Virus record (IMG/VR): IMGVR_UViG_2690316049_000007
Span: 1-19,784 of that record
From: a virus
Taxonomy: Duplodnaviria; Heunggongvirae; Uroviricota; Caudoviricetes
Length of the DNA stretch: 19,784 nt
Strand: one strand, 5' to 3'
Shown here: piece after piece, positions 14,608-19,784 of the stretch
How positions within the stretch are numbered: position 1 is the first letter of the stretch
Layout: every line of letters begins with the position of its first letter
Made by a program: the position numbers and the translations under genes
Notes under the pieces: generated by a model
Database searches by the model: none
Seen by the model: the letters and a program-made list of their open reading frames with translations, nothing else
Told to the model about the DNA's origin: nothing

Positions 14608-15087
14608 ATGAAAGTCTGCTCAAGATGCCATCAACAGAAGGAAGAAAGGGACTTTCAAATCAGAAGAGCATCCAGAGATGGATTAACTGCCGCTTGCCGG
14701 GCTTGCCTGGCTGAATACGACAAAGAACGCGCTGGATTGCCACATCGAGTATCAGCAAGGAGAGAATATCAATCATCGGAACGCGGAAGAGAACGGTGTA
14801 ACGCAGCCAAAAAGCGGTTCATTCAGAGCAACCCATGGAAAAGAAAAGCCCACATCATTGTGGGTAATTTTTTGCGCGACGGTAAGCTAATCCGACCACC
14901 ACAATGTGAGTGCTGCGGATCAGAATGTAAACCACAGGCGCACCACTGCGACTACAGCAAACCAACCGATGTGATGTGGCTCTGCAAGTCATGTCATGTC
15001 GAGTGGCACAAACATAACAAACCTATCTACCCAGACGAGGAACCAGTAACTCTCCCCTTCCCTCGTCACGCTATTCACGCAATTTAA
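14608..15087 (+). CDS. HNH-like zinc-finger protein (putative HNH endonuclease), 159 aa
   Basis: AGGAG RBS. N-terminal CxxC...CxxC, C-terminal CECCGSECKPQAHHCDYSKPTDVMWLCKSCHVEWH, which fits the CxxC...HH...CxxCH HNH architecture. Confidence 0.65.
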   Translation: MKVCSRCHQQKEERDFQIRRASRDGLTAACRACLAEYDKERAGLPHRVSARREYQSSERGRERCNAAKKRFIQSNPWKRKAHIIVGNFLRDGKLIRPPQCECCGSECKPQAHHCDYSKPTDVMWLCKSCHVEWHKHNKPIYPDEEPVTLPFPRHAIHAI

Positions 15088-15095
15088 GGACTTAC

Positions 15096-15644
15096 ATGAA
15101 TCACTTAATGGTTGACCTTGAAACAATGGGCAACGGGCCATATGCGCCAGTTATTTCTATTGGTGCGGTATTCTTTGACCCGAATACCGGAGAAACAGGA
15201 GAAGAGTTCTCGGTAAATATCTCGCTTGAGTCATCAATGCGATATCGGGCGCGTCCTGACGCTTCAACGATTTTATGGTGGATGGAACAGAGTGAAGAAG
15301 CCAGAAAATCGCTAACCAGCAACACTCAAGAGCTTTCAACGGCTCTTTCATGGTTATCTGAATTCATCATAAAGAACGCTAACCACAAATTCGTTCAGGT
15401 TTGGGGGAATGGAGCATCATTTGACTGCGTTATTCTCCGAAACAGTTATTCACTGACAGGGCAGCCAGTTCCGTGGCAGTGGTGGAATGACCGCGACGTA
15501 AGAACAATCGTCGAACTTGGGAAGGTAATAGGATTCGACCCTAAGCGAGATATGCCATTCAAAGGAACTCGCCACAACGCGCTTGATGATGCCATTCACC
15601 AAGCCAAATACGTTTCAGCGATCTGGAAAAAGTTAGCTAAATAA
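15096..15644 (+). CDS. DEDDh-family 3'-5' exonuclease (DnaQ-like), 182 aa
   Basis: MVDLETMG (Exo I motif), GNGASFDCVIL (Exo II-like), TRHNALDDAIHQA (Exo III with His), typical of phage 3'-5' exonucleases. Confidence 0.85.
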   Translation: MNHLMVDLETMGNGPYAPVISIGAVFFDPNTGETGEEFSVNISLESSMRYRARPDASTILWWMEQSEEARKSLTSNTQELSTALSWLSEFIIKNANHKFVQVWGNGASFDCVILRNSYSLTGQPVPWQWWNDRDVRTIVELGKVIGFDPKRDMPFKGTRHNALDDAIHQAKYVSAIWKKLAK

Positions 15645-15660
15645 TCAACAGGAGAAAACC

Positions 15661-15957
15661 ATGCCAGCGCCTCTATATGGTGCGGACGACCCGCGCCGCT
15701 GTTCCGGCAATTCCATATCGGAGGTGCTGGAAAATATCAAGAATAATCTCGACGCGTTTCTTGCTCTGCCACCGGAAACAAAAGAAGAACGGAAGTACCG
15801 ACGCGATATACAACTCGCAGAAAAACAGGAAAAAGACCGAATAAACGAAACATCAATCCGACCATTCCGCAAATCCATATATACCCACTTCCCTGAATAT
15901 ATCGACCCGCGCCTGCGTAATTACCGCTCACGCTATGGCGCTATCAGTAATGACTGA
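15661..15957 (+). CDS. Hypothetical protein (98 aa)
   Basis: ORF with AGGAGA RBS. No recognised motif. Confidence 0.6.
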   Translation: MPAPLYGADDPRRCSGNSISEVLENIKNNLDAFLALPPETKEERKYRRDIQLAEKQEKDRINETSIRPFRKSIYTHFPEYIDPRLRNYRSRYGAISND

Positions 15958-15967
15958 GGAATTTACC

Positions 15968-16135
15968 ATGAGAGGACTTGCATACAATCCCGGCATTCTT
16001 CCGGCAGAAATGATTATTCGCCAACGCGTAAAGCCAATGCCATCGAGAGAGGAATTGCTTAAAAGGAAGAGTTTCGGTTCTGTTAATGACAACAAATATC
16101 TGAATGCGATGTGGCGTAAAGGAGTCAAGCAGTGA
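15968..16135 (+). CDS. Small hypothetical protein (55 aa)
   Basis: ATG 15968 with GAGGAA RBS. Stop overlaps the GTG of the next gene. Confidence 0.4.
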   Translation: MRGLAYNPGILPAEMIIRQRVKPMPSREELLKRKSFGSVNDNKYLNAMWRKGVKQ

Positions 16136-16569
16136 GCAAGATTGATTATCAAAAGCTTCGTGAAATCGCTGAAAAAACAAAAATTGCTGGTGAAGCACCT
16201 GTAATGCCTTTCGATCAGCGAATTAATGCGCTTAACGATTTTATGAAGCACTTTTCGCCAGATATCGCGCTGGCACTGCTGGATGAACGGGAAAGGAACC
16301 AGCAATACATCAAACTCCGCGATCAGGAGAACGAGGAAATTGCGCTAACGGTAGGGAAACTGCGTGTTGAGCTGGAAGCCGCAGAGAAGCGCATTGCTGA
16401 GCTGCAGTTGCGGGAGGTTGTGCTTCCGCAATGCTATAGCATGTTGCATCGCGTCGATTTTGACGAGCCTTACCACACTGAAATGGTTTACAGGCAGCAT
16501 CAGGTTCTTGAGGCACTGCACAACGCTGGAATAAACGTCACCGAAGCAGGTAAAGGAGAGGCATCATGA
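16132..16569 (+). CDS. Ead/Ea22-like family protein (145 aa), GTG start
   Basis: GTG with AAGGAG RBS. N-terminal [17 protein letters not shown]... and central coiled region resemble the Ead/Ea22-like proteins of P22-like phage early-left regions as recalled. Confidence 0.65.
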   Translation: MSKIDYQKLREIAEKTKIAGEAPVMPFDQRINALNDFMKHFSPDIALALLDERERNQQYIKLRDQENEEIALTVGKLRVELEAAEKRIAELQLREVVLPQCYSMLHRVDFDEPYHTEMVYRQHQVLEALHNAGINVTEAGKGEAS

Positions 16570-17120
16570 GCACTATTCCCAAAGAACGTCTGGAACAATT
16601 AGCATCTGGAAACGCATGGTATTGCGTTCAAGATGACGAAGCGGCTGAGCTGGCGCGTATCGCGCTGGCATCGCTGGAAGCAAAACCAGTTGCTTATATT
16701 TTCAAACATCCGGCCGGGAAATTATTCTGGGCTTTGACGGATGAAAGCAATAAAGATCAATCGGACGTTATTCCTGTTTATGCTGCCTCACCTGCACCAA
16801 TAGCGTCGGAGGCCATTGAAAACGCTATTGAATACATCCGCAGTATCGCTTTTCACATCGATGAAGACGATTACCACGGCAAACATATTGCGTATTTCAT
16901 GCGACAAGCATTGGCCTGGCTGGAAGGGCATTCATGCAGTGATGACAGTCAGGGCAAATCCGATAATTCACCATTGCCGCGCTACCAGGTGATCGAATTA
17001 ACAATGCTGGTTAAACAATTGGTCAGCCAACTGAAAAAAGCAAAACCTGATTGCAAATTACCTGATAGGGCGATGGATTATCTTTTGCGAAACGAACTGG
17101 TAAGTGCGGAGGGGGTTTAA
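16566..17120 (+). CDS. Hypothetical protein (184 aa)
   Basis: ATGA-coupled to upstream gene, AAGGAGAGG RBS. No recognised motif. Confidence 0.7.
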   Translation: MSTIPKERLEQLASGNAWYCVQDDEAAELARIALASLEAKPVAYIFKHPAGKLFWALTDESNKDQSDVIPVYAASPAPIASEAIENAIEYIRSIAFHIDEDDYHGKHIAYFMRQALAWLEGHSCSDDSQGKSDNSPLPRYQVIELTMLVKQLVSQLKKAKPDCKLPDRAMDYLLRNELVSAEGV

Positions 17121-17122
17121 CG

Positions 17123-17701
17123 ATGACCATTTCTACAAAAAAGCCTCTTTATGCTGAGGTTCACAATGTTCCTGATGATTATGAGTTCACTGACGAGGAA
17201 CTAAACAGAATTATTGCAGGTGATATGTTCACTCCTCGTCAGGACGCAATAATGGCACGGGAGATACAGAAACTCCGCGCCGCCATGCTTCATGGTGCAG
17301 AACCTGTAAAACAGACTTACAAGTTGCCTCCCCTGCCATCCAGCGAAGTAAACGAAGCGGCATGGAGATTACACAACATGCTTACTGAATGCATCCCTCT
17401 AAATGGTCATCAGTTCAACAATCTGAAGGGTTGGTTCTATGAGGCGTTAAAGGTCGCAATGCGCAACTATCCGGTAAATCCGGATGGTTGGATAAGCTGT
17501 AGTGAGCGAATGCCGGATACCAAAACAGCCGTTCTTGTTGCCAAGGAGTTTGATAGGAAAGGTGACTGGCGAATGAAATGGGCGACTTACATCCCGGGGC
17601 ATCCTGACGCTAATGATGGGTGGATCATTCCTGGGGCGTCGTGGAAACCGTCACACTGGATGCCGCTACCAGAACCGCCGCAGGAGGTTAACCGTGGCTA
17701 A
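17123..17701 (+). CDS. DUF551-like domain protein (192 aa)
   Basis: C-terminal ...GWIIPGASWKPSHWMPLPEPP fits the HWMPLPEPP-type signature I associate with the phage DUF551 domain. GGAGGGGG RBS. Confidence 0.7.
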   Translation: MTISTKKPLYAEVHNVPDDYEFTDEELNRIIAGDMFTPRQDAIMAREIQKLRAAMLHGAEPVKQTYKLPPLPSSEVNEAAWRLHNMLTECIPLNGHQFNNLKGWFYEALKVAMRNYPVNPDGWISCSERMPDTKTAVLVAKEFDRKGDWRMKWATYIPGHPDANDGWIIPGASWKPSHWMPLPEPPQEVNRG

Positions 17702-17733
17702 CCTGCAACTTGCCGTTAAAGGTGAATAACAAT

Positions 17734-17759
17734 CCTCGCACTCGCGGGGATTTCTTTTA
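17734..17759 (+). terminator. Candidate rho-independent terminator
   Basis: CCTCGC-ACTC-GCGGGG (one G-U) followed by ATTTCTTTTAT. Confidence 0.4.
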
Positions 17760-17800
17760 TCTGAACTCGCTACGGCGGGTTTTGTTTTATGGAGATGATT

Positions 17801-18100
17801 ATGGCCTGTTCAACATTCAACCATCTAACGTTACAGAAATACCAGACAGACCCTGAAGATTTATGCTCACTGTGTGGCGGAAATCATGGTAAAGCCGCCA
17901 TGATCGAATGTAAGGACAAAATCCACATTTGCCTTAATTGCGTTGATGTCCTCGTTGATATCAAAAATGAGAGAGAAGATAAAAAGCGTAGCGAGGCTGT
18001 TCGCGCCTTAGATTCATGGATGAGGGATGGATATAGTGCCGCGCAAATTTATGACTTAGCAATATCAAAAGGCGAAATACCAGGAGTGCGTATCGAATAA
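17801..18100 (+). CDS. Hypothetical Cys-rich protein (about 100 aa)
   Basis: ATG 17801 with GGAG 6 nt upstream. CSLCGG...CLNC suggests a zinc ribbon. Confidence 0.6.
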   Translation: MACSTFNHLTLQKYQTDPEDLCSLCGGNHGKAAMIECKDKIHICLNCVDVLVDIKNEREDKKRSEAVRALDSWMRDGYSAAQIYDLAISKGEIPGVRIE

Positions 18101-18142
18101 GACGTAACCAACATTCGAATTGAAGAACTGAAAGAACACCAA

Positions 18143-18165
18143 GCCGCCTGATGGCGGTTTTTTAT
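18143..18165 (+). terminator. Rho-independent terminator
   Basis: CCGCC-TGAT-GGCGG followed by TTTTTTTATTT. Confidence 0.65.
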
Positions 18166-18208
18166 TTCCTGATTTGCAGGTTCGATTCCCTATTCGGAGA
18201 TAGCACTC

Positions 18209-18409
18209 ATGCAACACGAACTACAACCTGATTCACTGGTTGATTTGAAATTCATCATGGCTGATACTGGCTTCGGTAAAACCTTCATCTACGACCGGAT
18301 TAAGTCCGGCGACCTGCCTAAAGCCAAAGTTATCCACGGGCGAGCAAGATGGTTATATCGTGACCATTGTGAATTCAAAAATAAGCTCTTAAGCCGCGCC
18401 AATGGGTAA
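18209..18409 (+). CDS. AlpA/Xis-like small HTH DNA-binding protein (putative excisionase or regulator), 66 aa
   Basis: LKFIMADTGFGKTFIYDRIKSGDLPKAKVIHGRARWLYRD fits the AlpA/excisionase HTH pattern. Lies at the distal end of the leftward operon where xis is expected. Confidence 0.7.
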   Translation: MQHELQPDSLVDLKFIMADTGFGKTFIYDRIKSGDLPKAKVIHGRARWLYRDHCEFKNKLLSRANG

Positions 18410-18885
18410 AATAGCGGGTAAAATATTTCTCACATCTAAAAAACACCATTCCAATCAATCCCCTGCCTCGTCAAGTAGATGTCTGCAGGGGACACCAGAT
18501 ACCCTTCAAACGAAATCTACCTTCACCCCGTAAAAGATGGGTTTGGCAGCACACTTGCCTTATATCTACTCATTTTTACTGCAACAGGTTGAAATCTCAG
18601 CACTGTCAGAAAGCGCTGATGACTAAACAGCCCTGGGCCGGGCGATGTAACCATCACACAGAATCCTGATAGCGAAATATGGCGTGACTCGATACTTCAC
18701 TCCGCAATGCATTCCTTGATGAATTCGCAGGACCGTGATACACGGGACAGGTCACTGAATGACGACAATGTCCTGGAAATCAGCGAACCGCGCATCTGAA
18801 GTACATTTGAGCGACTGTACCAGAACATGAATGAGGCGTTTGGATTAGGCGATTATTAGCAGGGCTAAGCATTTTACTATTATTA

Positions 18886-18929
18886 TTTTCCGGTTGAGGG
18901 ATATAGAGCTATCGACAACAACCGGAAAA
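18886..18929. repeat. Perfect 11-bp inverted repeat (TTTTCCGGTTG / CAACCGGAAAA) with 22-bp spacer, 10 bp downstream of the permease stop
   Basis: Arms 18886-18896 and 18919-18929 are exact reverse complements. No adjacent U-run on either strand. Confidence 0.6.
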
Positions 18930-18938
18930 AGTTTACGT

Positions 18939-19784
18939 CTATATTGCTGAAGGTACAGGCGTTTCCATAACTATTTGCTCGCGTTTTTTACTCAAGAAGA
19001 AAATGCCAAATAGCAACATCAGGCAGACAATACCCGAAATTGCGAAGAAAACTGTCTGGTAGCCTGCGTGGTCAAAGAGTATCCCAGTCGGCGTTGAAAG
19101 CAGCACAATCCCAAGCGAACTGGCAATTTGAAAACCAATCAGAAAGATCGTCGACGACAGGCGCTTATCAAAATTTGCCACGCTGTATTTGAAGACGGAT
19201 ATGACACAAAGTGGAACCTCAATAGCATGTAACAGCTTCACTAATGAAATAATCCAGGGGTTAACGAACAGCGCGCAGGAAAGGATACGCAACGCCATAA
19301 TCACAACACCGATAAGTAATGCATTTTTTGGCCCTACCCGATTCACAAAGAAAGGAATAATCGCCATGCATAGCGCTTCGAGTACCACCTGGAATGAGTT
19401 GAGATAACCATACAGGCGCGTTCCTACATCGTGTGATTCGAATAAACCTGCATAAAAGACAGGAAAAAGTTGTTGATCAAAAATGTTATAGAAAGACCAC
19501 GTCCCCACAATAAATATGACGAAAACCCAGAAGTTTCGATCCTTGAAAACTGCGATAAAATCCTCTTTTTTTACCCCTCCCGCATCCGCCGCTACGCACT
19601 GGTGATCCTTATCTTTAAAACACATGTTGATCATCATAAATACAGCGCCAAATAGCGAGACCAACCAGAAGTTGATATGGGGACTGATACTAAAAAATAT
19701 GCCGGCAAAGAACGCGCCAATAGCATAGCCAAAAGATCCCCAGGCGCGCGCTGTTCCATATTCGAAATGAAAATTTCGCGCCAT
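18939..19784 (-). CDS. LacY-family (oligosaccharide:H+ symporter) MFS permease, C-terminal 281 codons; 5' end lies beyond the window
   Basis: Hydrophobic multi-helix protein with FNIFDQQLFPVFY and GPKNALLIG segments paralleling LacY (YDVFDQQFANFF, GGKNALLLAG) as recalled, but divergent. ORF runs to the window edge. Confidence 0.85.
   Translation of the reverse strand: MARNFHFEYGTARAWGSFGYAIGAFFAGIFFSISPHINFWLVSLFGAVFMMINMCFKDKDHQCVAADAGGVKKEDFIAVFKDRNFWVFVIFIVGTWSFYNIFDQQLFPVFYAGLFESHDVGTRLYGYLNSFQVVLEALCMAIIPFFVNRVGPKNALLIGVVIMALRILSCALFVNPWIISLVKLLHAIEVPLCVISVFKYSVANFDKRLSSTIFLIGFQIASSLGIVLLSTPTGILFDHAGYQTVFFAISGIVCLMLLFGIFFLSKKREQIVMETPVPSAI

Noticed and set aside
18177-18187. GGTTCGATTCC, a tRNA T-loop-like motif upstream of the Xis-like gene, considered as a tRNA or att core
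   Set aside because: Flanking bases cannot form a T-stem (GCAGG versus CCCTA), and no acceptor or anticodon arm is present. An isolated 11-mer match is expected by chance in 20 kb.
18939-19784. Possibility that the window is a laboratory lambda vector carrying lac DNA
   Set aside because: The permease is only distantly related to E. coli LacY as I recall it, and the immunity and replication modules are natural P22-type with an intein. This fits a natural mosaic prophage next to a host transporter gene.

Overview
This window is the central part of a lambdoid prophage, a mosaic of lambda-like and P22-like modules, lying reversed so that the late/rightward operon reads on the minus strand. Left to right: endolysin R and holin S (minus), a non-canonical tRNA-like element, the late promoter pR' with terminator tR', antiterminator Q, and a nin region (PPase NinI, NinH, NinG/Rap, NinF, an unknown ORF, a small zinc-ribbon ORF, an MT-A70 adenine methyltransferase, NinB). 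Next come a DnaB-type replicative helicase interrupted by a 343-codon intein with a LAGLIDADG homing-endonuclease domain, an O-like initiator containing ori iterons, cII, nutR and a P22-type cro. The immunity region has three 18-bp P22-type operators and a P22-type c2 repressor (plus), then OL/pL, nutL and a lambda-type N. The leftward operon (plus) continues with accessory ORFs, a frameshifted cIII, kil, a single-strand annealing recombinase, SSB, an HNH-like protein, a DEDDh exonuclease, ea-region ORFs and an AlpA/Xis-like gene. No integrase follows; the window ends in a partial LacY-family MFS permease gene (minus). The most notable feature is the intein, whose motifs fit the class 3 (Trp/Cys/Thr) type. 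All protein identifications rest on my reading of the translations and recalled family motifs; no database search was run.
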